From Gemmatimonadales bacterium (GTDB taxonomy: Bacteria; Gemmatimonadota; Gemmatimonadetes; Gemmatimonadales; GWC2-71-9): DNA of 64,000 nt. The translations under genes were made by a program, and so were the position numbers. Every line of letters starts with the position of its first letter. The stretch's first letter is position 1. The notes under the pieces are model-generated. The model searched no databases and was not told the origin of the DNA. It worked only from the letters and a program-made list of their open reading frames with translations. The stretch is from positions 35,793 through 99,792 of the forward strand of contig JBBQFH010000010.1 of NCBI GenBank assembly GCA_038321865.1, given 5' to 3'. This document shows positions 21,604 to 31,200 of this stretch, in pieces.

Positions 21604-22941
21604 TCAGCCGTCCGAGACCTCGACCGCGTTGCGCCCCCCGCGCTTCGCCTTGTACAGGGCGGCGTCCGCCGCGGCGAGCAGGCTGCTCACGGTGGTGCCG
21701 TGCCGCGGCGACTCGGCGATCCCCATGCTGATCGTACAGTGGCCGAATTCGGGGTGGGCCTGCTCCAGCTCGCGCAGGCCCTCGAGTACGCGGCTCACGT
21801 AGACCCGCGACTCTTCGGGCCGGGTCATGGGGAGAATGACGAGGAACTCGTCGCCGCCGAGCCGGCCGACCACGTCGAGCGCCCGGCACTGCTGCATCAG
21901 GATGCCGCCGATCTGGACCAGCAGGCGGTCGCCCGCGGCGTGGCCCATGGTGTCGTTGACGATCTTGAACCGGTCCAGGTCGATCAGGAGCACGCTGGTG
22001 TGGAGCTGGTGACGGAGACTGCGCGAGATCTCGGCGCCGAGGCGATCCTCGAGCGCGCGGCGGTTGTAGAGCCCCGTGAGCTCATCGGTGGTGGCCGCGC
22101 TGTGCAGCTGCTCCACCAGTTCCGCGTTCTTGAGCGCGATGGCGGCGGCGAACGAAAGCGTACCGGCGAGCTCCTGCTCGGCCCGCCCGTACGGCTTGTC
22201 GCTGATGCGCGGCCCGAGGACCAGCAGGGCCATCCGCTCCGCGCCGGCGTCGAGCGGTATGATGAGCTGCGCTTCGCGTCCGACCAGCGCCGCGACGGCG
22301 ATGTCGTCCGACCCGGTGGAAGCGCTGCCGGTCGGGAGCGCTTCGTCCAGCGCGGCGCGGTTGATGGACTGGCGCGGCGGCTCATCCTTCATCGAGCGGT
22401 AGATCTTCGGCGTGTAGGCGTCGCCATCCGGACGGAAGATGCAGGCCCACCACGCGAAAAACACCTCGGCCATGAAGTCGAGGATGAGTTGTTCGGTCTC
22501 TTCGGTCGAGTGCACCGATGACAGCAGCCGGGCGACCTGCCGGAGCGCCCGCAGCTGGAAGACGGCGTCGTCCAGCGCCGCCTGGCGCTCCAGCAGAATG
22601 CTGCGCAGCTCGAGCACGACCGTGAGGCCGAGGGCCAGCGGCATCGCCACGCTGCGCATCTCGCCGGCAACGGCGGGCTCGGCATGAATCACGATTTCGG
22701 TCTGGCCGCTCGACAGCCGCGCCACTTCCACCGCCGTATCGAACCCCTCAGGTGGCCCCACGCGCGGTGTGGGTTCATCCGACGTTGATATGACGGAAAA
22801 CCAGATCTGTTCGCTCCGGAACCGGCGCACCAAGGCCGCCCGGCACCGCTCAAACAGCTCGCCGTCGGTCCGGGAGAGCCGGCAGGCGGCGGCGAAGGCG
22901 CTGGGAAGACTGGCTAATGCGGCTGACGGGGACAGACCCAT
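21604..22941 (-). CDS. GAF-GGDEF diguanylate cyclase
   Basis: DELTGLYNRR, DLDRFKIVNDTMGH, intact GGDEF with RALD I-site. Confidence 0.93.
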   Translation of the reverse strand: MGLSPSAALASLPSAFAAACRLSRTDGELFERCRAALVRRFRSEQIWFSVISTSDEPTPRVGPPEGFDTAVEVARLSSGQTEIVIHAEPAVAGEMRSVAMPLALGLTVVLELRSILLERQAALDDAVFQLRALRQVARLLSSVHSTEETEQLILDFMAEVFFAWWACIFRPDGDAYTPKIYRSMKDEPPRQSINRAALDEALPTGSASTGSDDIAVAALVGREAQLIIPLDAGAERMALLVLGPRISDKPYGRAEQELAGTLSFAAAIALKNAELVEQLHSAATTDELTGLYNRRALEDRLGAEISRSLRHQLHTSVLLIDLDRFKIVNDTMGHAAGDRLLVQIGGILMQQCRALDVVGRLGGDEFLVILPMTRPEESRVYVSRVLEGLRELEQAHPEFGHCTISMGIAESPRHGTTVSSLLAAADAALYKAKRGGRNAVEVSDG

Positions 22942-22946
22942 GTCGA

Positions 22947-22952
22947 ATTATA
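22947..22952 (-). promoter_or_regulatory. -10 box (leaderless) of the GGDEF operon
   Basis: TATAAT lies 5 nt before the ATG; no SD sequence. Confidence 0.6.
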
Positions 22953-22989
22953 GCCCTGCCGCCCGCGAGGAGCGAGCACGTTGGGGGAC

Positions 22990-23018
22990 TTGCGCCAGAT
23001 ACGGGGGTGGGCTATTAT
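22990..23018 (+). promoter_or_regulatory. sigma70-type promoter with no downstream + strand CDS
   Basis: TTGCGC-N17-TATTAT. Confidence 0.6.
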
Positions 23019-23023
23019 TCCCG

Positions 23024-23135
23024 CTGATCGAGACATAGCCCTTCGGGGCCCCAGGGATTTCGGCTTTGCGGCCTGGGTGATGAAAACTGCTAAGGCTGCC
23101 TGGTCCCGGCTGAGTTCTTCTCTGCCGGGATTTGT
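23024..23135 (+). ncRNA. Putative novel small RNA
   Basis: Promoter upstream; GCCC-TTCG-GGGC and CCCAGG/CCTGGG stems; terminator TCCCGGC..GCCGGGA plus TTTGTGTATT oriented for the + strand. Confidence 0.5.
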
Positions 23136-23139
23136 GTAT

Positions 23140-24648
23140 TCAGGGCCTGGCCCTGACCGTGATTCGGCCCGGCGCGGGTGCGATCAGCTTCCCGCCAAGG
23201 GAATCGGCGACATGGCGGATCAGCAGGTCGGCCGCCCGCGGTGCCTGCTCCCAGCTGGCGCATGCGGCACGCGCCTCCGGCACCACGTACCCGTCACCGC
23301 CCTCACACGCCGGATATACGTCGAAGGCCACTCTGAGGGTTTCCGTCGCACCGACGATGCGGCCTCCGGTGCGCCGGATATCGCCGACGAGCCGGCTGCC
23401 TCCCGGCCTGGTCGAATCGAACGCGAACGAGATCCCCGAGACCTGCAGGAACGGACCGGCCCCGAGGCTGCCAGGAGCGACTCCATGCTCGAGCAGCTGG
23501 CGGAGCCGCGCACCGGTGAGGGAGAACGTCACGACGCGGGAGTCGTCGGCGAACAGGAAGATCGATTCCAGCAGGTAGTTGCTCACCGGCCCTGGCTTGA
23601 TGACGTCGTCGAGCCGAAGGGTGCCGGCGTTGAGCAGGGCGACATCGGAGCCGGTGCCGGTCCGCATCGCGTCGGTGATCAGGCTGCCAAGGGGAGACTC
23701 GCCGTGGCGGAGCGGGGTGTCGCGGGCGTCGATGGGCGCCGGGGCCGTCGCGACGATGCGTTCAGGCCCCAGCCGGCGCCGCAGGCTGTCCTGCCACGCG
23801 GCGACGATGCGCGCCGTGGTCGTGTCCAGGGGGAATTCGTCGGTGATCCGGATGAGCGTCGGCGCGACACGCCAGTTGCCCTTGGCCCCCCACACCGTGG
23901 TGAACTGCACCGATCGCGAGTTCGCGTCAGCCTTCAGCACGTGCCGCCCGTTGACCAGCTCGTCGTGCGCCTCGTGCTCATGCCCGCCCAGGATGAGATC
24001 GATCGAGGGCTCGCGGCCCAGCAGCGCCTGATCTGCGGCGAGTGTCTGGTGCGTGAGACCGACGATGAGCTGCGCGCCGAGCTTGCCCAGGGTATCGACG
24101 GCGAGATGCGCGGCACTGTCCGGATCGGTGCAGCGCACGTATTTGCGATAGTCGCCGCGGAGCGTGAGCGCGAACAGGCCGAGTTTCCGGCCCTGAATCG
24201 TCAGCGTATCCCACGCCCGCACACCCGGGAATGCTGCCCCGCTCGCCTCGGTGCAATTGCTCGAAATCCACTTGAATTTGGACGCGGCAATCCGGGCGAC
24301 GAGCGTGTCCCGCGGGATCTCGAATTCATGATTGCCGAAGGTCGCGTAATCGAGTCCGGCGGCGTTGAACTCCTCCACCATCTGCCGGCCGCCGTAGTAC
24401 TTGCTGAGGAGGCTCGGGGAGAGCTCGTCACCGGCGAGCACGAGGAGGGTCGGGCCGACCGTGGCCAGTCGACGGCGGAGCGTGGCGACGCGCGCCAGCC
24501 CGCCGCTACCGTCAGCGAGCGTATCGGCGACGTAGACGTCGTTGATGGACAGGAAGCGGATCGGGTTGGTCGGCGGCGGCGCCGGCGGAATTCCCAGGCA
24601 CCCCGACAGCGACACCAGCCCCAACGTCCAGATCAGCCTCCGCTTCAT
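23140..24648 (-). CDS. Lipoprotein 5'-nucleotidase / metallophosphoesterase
   Basis: Lipobox LSGC; SINDVY, AGDELSPS, GNHEFE, GLTH, LGGHEH, NAGTLR. Confidence 0.92.
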   Translation of the reverse strand: MKRRLIWTLGLVSLSGCLGIPPAPPPTNPIRFLSINDVYVADTLADGSGGLARVATLRRRLATVGPTLLVLAGDELSPSLLSKYYGGRQMVEEFNAAGLDYATFGNHEFEIPRDTLVARIAASKFKWISSNCTEASGAAFPGVRAWDTLTIQGRKLGLFALTLRGDYRKYVRCTDPDSAAHLAVDTLGKLGAQLIVGLTHQTLAADQALLGREPSIDLILGGHEHEAHDELVNGRHVLKADANSRSVQFTTVWGAKGNWRVAPTLIRITDEFPLDTTTARIVAAWQDSLRRRLGPERIVATAPAPIDARDTPLRHGESPLGSLITDAMRTGTGSDVALLNAGTLRLDDVIKPGPVSNYLLESIFLFADDSRVVTFSLTGARLRQLLEHGVAPGSLGAGPFLQVSGISFAFDSTRPGGSRLVGDIRRTGGRIVGATETLRVAFDVYPACEGGDGYVVPEARAACASWEQAPRAADLLIRHVADSLGGKLIAPAPGRITVRARP

Positions 24649-25265
24649 GCCCCCTCCTCGTTATTTCGCAAATCACGCATCAGCGCGGCGCTCATCGCCC
24701 GAAGCTCTTCCAGCATCTGGTGCCGCGGCCATTCATCCCGGGCCGCCAGCACCTCCTGCATCGAGCGGTACCACCAGAGGGTCTGCTCGATGGATGCCCG
24801 CGTGACGGTCCGCAGATACTCCGGTCCGAGGCGTCGGAGCGCGGTGCCGGTCCAGCCGCATCGCTGAATCTCGTCCGCCACGCAGATATCCAGTGCCCGG
24901 GGCTCAGCCTCGGCCAAGTGGACGAGGAACTCCTGCTTGCACGCACGCCACGGCCGCTCGCCGCCGCGGCCGTCGTAGCGGGGCTCCAGCGCGTCCATCA
25001 CGACCCCCAGGACAACCGGCCCGAACTTGTCGGAGATCTTCCGCCGGAGCTCCTCGCGCTCATGGTCCTGTCCGGCCTCCTCCAGCGAGAGGTGCAGGAT
25101 GCCGGCGACCACCGTAACCTCGTCCGCACCGTAACGGGAGAGGATGACCGCGACGTTCGACGGCTGCGCCAGATACGCCATGCCCGCGGACTTGGGGACG
25201 CGGGAGTTGTAGTACTTGGCGGAGAAGGCGAATGCATGGCAGATGCGATCGGAGTAGCCGATCAT
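24645..25265 (-). CDS. RelA/SpoT (HD_4, Mesh1-like) family protein with degenerate HD motif
   Basis: HAFAFSAKYY..R....AYLAQPSNVA..AGILHLSLEE..KFGPVV..ICVAD pattern. Confidence 0.75.
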   Translation of the reverse strand: MIGYSDRICHAFAFSAKYYNSRVPKSAGMAYLAQPSNVAVILSRYGADEVTVVAGILHLSLEEAGQDHEREELRRKISDKFGPVVLGVVMDALEPRYDGRGGERPWRACKQEFLVHLAEAEPRALDICVADEIQRCGWTGTALRRLGPEYLRTVTRASIEQTLWWYRSMQEVLAARDEWPRHQMLEELRAMSAALMRDLRNNEEGA

Positions 25266-25298
25266 GGGGCCGTCGGTTCGGGTGAAGGTCGGCGGTGA

Positions 25299-25931
25299 CT
25301 ACCGGATGCCCACAATCTTATGCGTCTGCAGGCTGAGTCTCCAGCGCGGGTGCTGCAGGCAGTAGCGCACGGCCGCCGCCGTATGCTCGTCGCGGTCGGG
25401 CCCGTCCATCGGCTGGAGGTAGAAGTGGCGAAAGGCCTGCCGCTCGAACCGCTCCGGCTCGGCGCCGGGTTGCGGATAGACCAGCTTGATCTCGTCGGCC
25501 GAGGTCACGAGCGTCGCCGCACCGGCCTTGGGACTCACGCAGACCCAGTCGAGGCCGGGCGGCACCGACAGGGTGCCGTTCGTCTCGACCGCCACCTCGA
25601 AACCAGCAGCGTGCAGCGCATCGATCAGCGGTGCGTCGAGCTGGAGCAGCGGCTCGCCGCCGGTGCACACGACCAGGGGGCGGCCTCCACCGCCGGGCCA
25701 CGCGCCCGCCACTGCGCCGGCCAGTGACGCCGCCGAATCGTATCGGCCGCCCAGGGTCCCGTCCATCCCGAAGAAATCGGTGTCGCAGAATCGGCAGACC
25801 GCGGCTGCCCGGTCTTCTTCCCGCCCGGTCCACAGGTTGCAGCCGCTGAACCGGCAAAACACCGCCGCGCGGCCGGCGTTGGCCCCCTCGCCCTGCAGCG
25901 TGTAGAAGATTTCCTTGACGGCGTAGCTCAT
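25299..25931 (-). CDS. queE: 7-carboxy-7-deazaguanine synthase
   Basis: [10 protein letters not shown], Cx14CxxCDT (short Burkholderia-type radical SAM motif), TGGEP, ETNG, SPK, LQTHK. Confidence 0.96.
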   Translation of the reverse strand: MSYAVKEIFYTLQGEGANAGRAAVFCRFSGCNLWTGREEDRAAAVCRFCDTDFFGMDGTLGGRYDSAASLAGAVAGAWPGGGGRPLVVCTGGEPLLQLDAPLIDALHAAGFEVAVETNGTLSVPPGLDWVCVSPKAGAATLVTSADEIKLVYPQPGAEPERFERQAFRHFYLQPMDGPDRDEHTAAAVRYCLQHPRWRLSLQTHKIVGIR

Positions 25932-26617
25932 GCGCGGTATCGAGTCGGATCGGGAACGCCGCTCTCGCGGAAGCCCCGCGCCCGCAGCAGGCAGGCATCA
26001 CACGCCCCGCAGGCGGCGCCGTCCGGCGCCGCGTCGTAGCAGCTCACGGTCAGCGCGTAATCGACGCCGAGCGCCGCCCCTCGGCCGATGATCTGCGCCT
26101 TGCTCAGCTCCAGCAGCGGCGCCTGGATCCGGAACGCCGCGCCCTCGGCACCGGCGCGCGTCGCCAGCGCGGCGAGGCGCTCGAACGCGCGGAGATACTC
26201 CGGCCGGCAGTCCGGGTAGCCGCTGTAGTCGAGGGCATTGGCCCCGATGAAGATGTCGGTCGCGCCGAGTACTTCCGCCCAGCCGAGTGCGAAGGCGAGG
26301 AAGATGGTGTTGCGGGCCGGGACGTAGGTGGACGGGATGTCGCCGCCGATCACGCTGACGGCTCGATGCTTCGGTACGGGGATGTCGGCCGTCAGCGCCG
26401 AGCCGCCGATGGCCCGGAGATCCGCATCGAGGACCAGGTGGCGCGTGATGCCGAGCGCAGCGGCGACGCGGCACGCGGCATCGAGCTCCGCGGCGTGGCG
26501 CTGCCCGTACCGAAAGCTGAGCGCGGCCACGTCGAAGCCGTCCGCCAGGGCGATGGCGGCAACGGTGGCGGAGTCGAGCCCTCCGGACAGGAGCACGACG
26601 GCTGATGGGGGGCGCAT
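25928..26617 (-). CDS. queC: 7-cyano-7-deazaguanine synthase
   Basis: SGGLDS, YGQRH, TYVPARN, YPDCR, C-terminal Cys cluster. Confidence 0.97.
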   Translation of the reverse strand: MRPPSAVVLLSGGLDSATVAAIALADGFDVAALSFRYGQRHAAELDAACRVAAALGITRHLVLDADLRAIGGSALTADIPVPKHRAVSVIGGDIPSTYVPARNTIFLAFALGWAEVLGATDIFIGANALDYSGYPDCRPEYLRAFERLAALATRAGAEGAAFRIQAPLLELSKAQIIGRGAALGVDYALTVSCYDAAPDGAACGACDACLLRARGFRESGVPDPTRYRA

Positions 26618-26645
26618 GGCGCGAAAAGTAATCGCGCCCCGCGCC

Positions 26646-28019
26646 TCACCGGCCCAGTTCGAACCTGAGCGCGGACTCGATCGTCGGCTGCCGGAACTGA
26701 TAACCCGATCTCATCAGCGCCGCGGCGCTGAGCCGCTGGCTCGCCAGCAGCGCCGCATCGGCCAGTTCGCCGAACAGCAGCCGCAGCGCGAAGGCCGGAA
26801 CCGGCACCAGCGCCGGCCGCCGCAGCACGCGTCCCAGGATCCGCGTGAACTCGGCGTTCCGCACCGGCTCAGGGCATGCCACGTTGACCGGACCGCGGAG
26901 CGCCGGTGTGAACAGCGCATGATGCAGCGCGCCGATCGCGTCGTGAAGGGACACGCCACTCATCCATTGCCGCCCGGATCCGATCGGCCCGCCCACCCCG
27001 GCTCGGAACGCCGGCAGCTGCTTGGCCAGCGCGCCTCCCGCGGGAGAGAGGACGATGCCGAAACGCGGATGCACGACGCGGATTCCGGCGGCCGCAGCCG
27101 GCTCAGCGGCGGCTTCCCAGGCCTGGCAGACGGTCGCGAGGAAGTCACTCCCCAGGCGGGACGATTCATCCAGCAGCTCATCGCCACGGTCGCCGTAGAT
27201 ACCCATCGCGGAGGCGGACACGAGCACCGACGGCGGCCGGTCGAGGCCGGCCAGGGCCTCCGCGAGCAGTCGCGTTCCCTGCACGCGGCTGTCGAGAATG
27301 GCACGCTTGCGGTCGCCGCTCCACCGCCGGTCCGCGATCCCCTCGCCCGCGAGATGGACGACGGCATCGACGTCCCGCAGCGCTTCCCGGTCGATACGCG
27401 CCGCCGCGGGATCCCACTGGATTTCTTCCGGTGACCGGGACGAACGGCGCACCAGGCGGCTGATCCGGTGTCCGCCGGTGCTCAGGAAGGCCGAGAGCGC
27501 CGTACCGATCGTCCCGGTGGCGCCGCTGATGGCGATGTGTCGCGGCCGGGACGGGTGCCGCTGGTGCGCGAGCACATCGTCCACGATCACTGCGTGCCGG
27601 TAGGCGAGGAGGCGTTCGACGGAGTGCGTGAGGGCGCCGGTCGCGATGGCGCCCAATGCGCCGAACGGAGCGGTGAACGCGATCCGCTCATGGAGGTCGG
27701 CGGCGTCGGGCCCGGCCGGGATCATCTCGTGCAGGTGTGTCCACGATCCGAACGGGCCCTCGACCTGCTCGTCGGTGAAACCGCGCCCTGGCAGCACATC
27801 GCGATGGCGGGCCACCCAGCGCACCGGCACGGGGCCCACCTCCAGCTCGAGCACGACGGTCGATCCATTCTCCAGGCCGCCGGTGCGCGACACCACTCGC
27901 ACGCGCTCCCATGGCGGTGCCAGCCGTTCCAGCGCCCCGGGCCGCTGATGCCACGCATACAGCTCGGCCGCGGAGCAGGGGACGCGGGTCGTGCGTTCGA
28001 CGATGGTTTCGGCAGCCAT
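26646..28019 (-). CDS. TIGR01777 family oxidoreductase with N-terminal SRPBCC domain
   Basis: [43 protein letters not shown]. Start MAAET at 28019. Confidence 0.9.
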   Translation of the reverse strand: MAAETIVERTTRVPCSAAELYAWHQRPGALERLAPPWERVRVVSRTGGLENGSTVVLELEVGPVPVRWVARHRDVLPGRGFTDEQVEGPFGSWTHLHEMIPAGPDAADLHERIAFTAPFGALGAIATGALTHSVERLLAYRHAVIVDDVLAHQRHPSRPRHIAISGATGTIGTALSAFLSTGGHRISRLVRRSSRSPEEIQWDPAAARIDREALRDVDAVVHLAGEGIADRRWSGDRKRAILDSRVQGTRLLAEALAGLDRPPSVLVSASAMGIYGDRGDELLDESSRLGSDFLATVCQAWEAAAEPAAAAGIRVVHPRFGIVLSPAGGALAKQLPAFRAGVGGPIGSGRQWMSGVSLHDAIGALHHALFTPALRGPVNVACPEPVRNAEFTRILGRVLRRPALVPVPAFALRLLFGELADAALLASQRLSAAALMRSGYQFRQPTIESALRFELGR

Positions 28020-28100
28020 GATGCCTTCGCTCCTCGGGTGCGTCGATTGCGTGCGCGGCGTCGGACGGTAACTTGAGCCATCTCTCCTACGGAGCACGGC

Positions 28101-30044
28101 ATGATGCGGTTGCCCGGTCGCCTGACGCTCGCGCTCGTCTGTCTCGTTGCGCCCGCCGCGTACGCCCAGCGCGGCGCGGCGAGCGCGCCGCCTTCCGCCT
28201 TTCGACAGCTTGATCTGCCCGCGCCGAACTCCGTGCGCACCGGCGCGGGGCGTCCCGGCGCGGACTACTGGCAGCAGCGGGCGGACTATCGGATCGAGGC
28301 GACCCTCGATCCGGCGCAGAACGAGCTCCGCGGGCGCGAAACGATCACCTATACCAGCCATGCCCCTGAGCCGCTGCCGTATCTGTGGCTCTTCGTCGAG
28401 CAGAACATCTGCGCGCCCGGCAGCGTCACCAACCAGCTCAACCAGCCGCCACTCGTCTTCCTGAGCTCCAGCTTCGATTTCTCCTGCAAGGGATTCAGCG
28501 GCGGCGTCGAGCTTCGGACGCTCCGGATCGGGGGACGCGACGTCCGCTATCGCGTCTTCGGCACCACGCTTCGCATCGATCTCGAGCGGCCGCTGGCCGC
28601 GGGCGCGAGCGTCGAAATCGAGGTCGAGTGGCGCTTCAGCGTGCCCCCGTACGGCGCCGGCAGAATGGGCCACGACGGGCCGCTGTACGAGGTCGCCCAG
28701 TGGTATCCGCGCATGGCCGTGTACGACGACGTGCGCGGCTGGAATCACGACCCCTACATCGGCGCCGGCGAGTTCTACCTGGAATACGGCAGCTTCGACG
28801 TGGCGCTCACCGTGCCGGCAACGTACACCGTTGCCGCGACGGGCACGCTCAAGAACGCAGCCGAAGTGCTGACGGCCGACCAGCGGACGCGACTGGCGCT
28901 GGCCCTCCATTCCGATACGACGGTCGCGATCGTCACGGAAGCGGAGGCGGGTGATGCCTCGCGGAGCCGACCAGCCGGTACGGGGCAGCTCACCTGGCGC
29001 TTCTCTGCCGACAGCGTGCGGGACTTTGCCTTCGCCGCGGCACCGGGGATGCGATGGGACGCGAGCGGCTACGACGGCATCCTGATCGAGACGCTCTACC
29101 GCCCGTCGGCACGCCCCTGGCAGGAAGCCAACCGGATGGCGCGGACGGCGATCAAGTACTTCAGCGAGCAGTGGTACCGCTATCCGTACGCCCATGCCAC
29201 GACGGTCGAGGGACCGGTCGAAGGCATGGAATACCCGATGCTGACGTTCGTTCCCAACAGCCCCAACCGCGAAGAGCTGCAGTGGGTCGTGGCCCACGAA
29301 TTCGGCCACGAGTGGTTCCCCATGGTCGTGGGGTCCAACGAGCGGCTATACCCCTGGATGGACGAAGGGTTCAACACCTTCATCGATCTCGCCGGTTCGG
29401 CACTCTACTTCAAGGGGACGCCGTACGGAGATTCGATCGAGGCACACCCGCTGCATCTTTACAGGGATCATGCGGTGGCCGGACGCGAGCTGCCGCTCAT
29501 TGCCCGGCCGGTCGAGGTCGCGGACCTCTTCTGGGGCGGATACCAGAAGCCGGCGCTGATGATGCAGCTGCTCCGCTACGAAGTGCTGGGGAAGGAACGG
29601 TTCGACCCCGCCTTCCGCGAGTATATCCGCACCTGGGCGTTCAGGCATCCCACGCCCGCCGATTTCTTCCGGCTGATGCGGGATGAGTCCGGCATGGATC
29701 TCGACTGGTTCTGGCGGAGCTGGGTGTTCGGCACCGATCGGCTGGACCAGGCCGTCGTCTCCGTCACCAATCAGAAAGGTGGCAGTGCCGTCGTGCTCGC
29801 GAGTCTCGGCAGCATGGTGATGCCGCTGGAAATGGACGTCACCTTCGCCGACGGCACGGTGCAGCGGGTGCGGCTGCCGGTAGACATGTGGAATCTCGGG
29901 CCCCGTTTCACCTGGCGCGGCCCGGAAGGAAAGTCAATCCGGCGGGTTGAGGTGGATCCCCGCCACGTCCTTCCGGACACCGACCGGCGCAACAATCTCA
30001 GCCCGTCTCGCCCTGCGCCCGCCGGACGAGCAGCAGGTCGGTGA
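28101..30044 (+). CDS. Secreted M1 family metalloaminopeptidase
   Basis: Signal peptide; GMEYPM, HEFGHEWF..x..E (WMDEGF). Confidence 0.93.
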   Translation: MMRLPGRLTLALVCLVAPAAYAQRGAASAPPSAFRQLDLPAPNSVRTGAGRPGADYWQQRADYRIEATLDPAQNELRGRETITYTSHAPEPLPYLWLFVEQNICAPGSVTNQLNQPPLVFLSSSFDFSCKGFSGGVELRTLRIGGRDVRYRVFGTTLRIDLERPLAAGASVEIEVEWRFSVPPYGAGRMGHDGPLYEVAQWYPRMAVYDDVRGWNHDPYIGAGEFYLEYGSFDVALTVPATYTVAATGTLKNAAEVLTADQRTRLALALHSDTTVAIVTEAEAGDASRSRPAGTGQLTWRFSADSVRDFAFAAAPGMRWDASGYDGILIETLYRPSARPWQEANRMARTAIKYFSEQWYRYPYAHATTVEGPVEGMEYPMLTFVPNSPNREELQWVVAHEFGHEWFPMVVGSNERLYPWMDEGFNTFIDLAGSALYFKGTPYGDSIEAHPLHLYRDHAVAGRELPLIARPVEVADLFWGGYQKPALMMQLLRYEVLGKERFDPAFREYIRTWAFRHPTPADFFRLMRDESGMDLDWFWRSWVFGTDRLDQAVVSVTNQKGGSAVVLASLGSMVMPLEMDVTFADGTVQRVRLPVDMWNLGPRFTWRGPEGKSIRRVEVDPRHVLPDTDRRNNLSPSRPAPAGRAAGR

Positions 30045-31086
30045 TGTTGTCCATGGTGAGCATTCCGATGACCGTCCCGGACGCATCTACCACGGGGAGC
30101 GCCGGCTGGCGGCTGGCCCGGAGCACGGTCAGGGCGTCACCAAACGGGAGCTGAGGCGAGACGGTCGGGACCGCAGCCGCCATGGCCTGGCTCACCGGCG
30201 AGCCGGGGCCGCGCTCCGACAGTGCACGGATGAGGTGGTCGCGGGTCAGCATGCCCTCGACGTGGCCGAGGTTGTCCACGACGGGGAACTCGCGCTGCTC
30301 GCCGGCGAGGAGGAGCGCCACCGCGTCGGCGATGGTGGCGTACACCTTCAGCGTGCCGAAGTCGGTGACCATCATCTGCGCCACCGTGACGCCCCGGCCG
30401 GCCGCCCGGGTCTCCGCCGCGGCCGCCTCGGCGCCCGCCGCGAGGAACACGAACGCCGCGACGAGCAGGAACCAGGCATCCTGGTGCAGCAGTCCGTAGA
30501 CGCCGCCGATCAGCGCGAGCATCTGCCCAATCCGGGCCGCCGTCCGGGTGGCCCTGACGAACGGCATGCGCGTTGCGAGCAGAGCCCGGAGCACGCGGCC
30601 GCCATCCATGGGGAAGGCCGGAATCAGGTTGAAGGCGAGCAGCACGACGTTCGCGGTAATGAGCGACAGCACCAGCGGGCCGTCGAACAGGTCGGTTACG
30701 CCTGACCACCGGGCCTGGCCGCCGACCATCAGCACGGCGTAGAAGATCCCGGCGAGCACGGCGTTCACCGCCGGGCCTGCCAGGGCGATGACGATCTCCT
30801 GCTTCGGCTCCTCCGGGATGCGGGACAGCCGGGCGACACCGCCGATCGGCAGGAGGATCACGTCGGGCGTGAGCACGCCGTATCGCCTCGCGGCGAAGAT
30901 GTGACCGAACTCGTGAAGGAGTACGCACGCGAAGAGGGCGAGAATCCGCACGACGCTGCTCAGCGCTTCCGCCGTGCCCCCCTCCGCCCGGCCGCTCAGC
31001 GCGACCCAGCCGAGCAGCAGCAGGAAGGTCACGTGGAGCTTCACGTCGGTGCCGGCGATCCGTCCGATACGGAACGACCAGCTCAC
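29998..31086 (-). CDS. M50 site-2 protease with CBS pair
   Basis: HEFGH, AGPAVN, NLIPAFPMDGGR, two C-terminal CBS domains. Confidence 0.94.
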   Translation of the reverse strand: MSWSFRIGRIAGTDVKLHVTFLLLLGWVALSGRAEGGTAEALSSVVRILALFACVLLHEFGHIFAARRYGVLTPDVILLPIGGVARLSRIPEEPKQEIVIALAGPAVNAVLAGIFYAVLMVGGQARWSGVTDLFDGPLVLSLITANVVLLAFNLIPAFPMDGGRVLRALLATRMPFVRATRTAARIGQMLALIGGVYGLLHQDAWFLLVAAFVFLAAGAEAAAAETRAAGRGVTVAQMMVTDFGTLKVYATIADAVALLLAGEQREFPVVDNLGHVEGMLTRDHLIRALSERGPGSPVSQAMAAAVPTVSPQLPFGDALTVLRASRQPALPVVDASGTVIGMLTMDNITDLLLVRRAQGETG

Positions 31087-31140
31087 GGGACCAGCCGGGG
31101 GCGAGGAGGCATGTACAAAGATGTACCGGGCGGGCCGCGC

Positions 31141-31176
31141 AAAGAAACGCGGACCCGGAGGATCCCGGGTCCGCGT
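31141..31176 (-). terminator. Intrinsic terminator
   Basis: ACGCGGACCCGG-N6-CCGGGTCCGCGT followed by TTCTTT on the minus strand. Confidence 0.75.
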
Positions 31177-31200
31177 CGTGGTTCAGTCGCGAATGCGTCG

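Noticed and set aside
23024..23090. Possible hammerhead ribozyme or c-di-GMP riboswitch
   Set aside because: CTGATCGA does not fit CUGANGA, GAAA does not follow stem II, and GEMM consensus elements were not found.
25299..26617. queCE as part of a Dpd/7-deazaguanine DNA-modification or QatABCD defence island
   Set aside because: No dpdA/TGT-like gene, TatD or defence ATPase nearby; canonical queF is present, so ordinary queuosine synthesis is the simpler reading.
26618..26645. preQ1 riboswitch before queC (or before queF)
   Set aside because: The gaps are only 28 and 41 nt and contain no recognisable preQ1 aptamer.
28020..29309. 5' extension making an 887-aa minus-strand ORF
   Set aside because: It is the antisense shadow of the M1 peptidase; family similarity starts only at MAAET (28019).
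29998..30044. Convergent 3' overlaps (also 37997-38031)
   Set aside because: Short tail overlaps are common in GC-rich genomes; no evidence of function.
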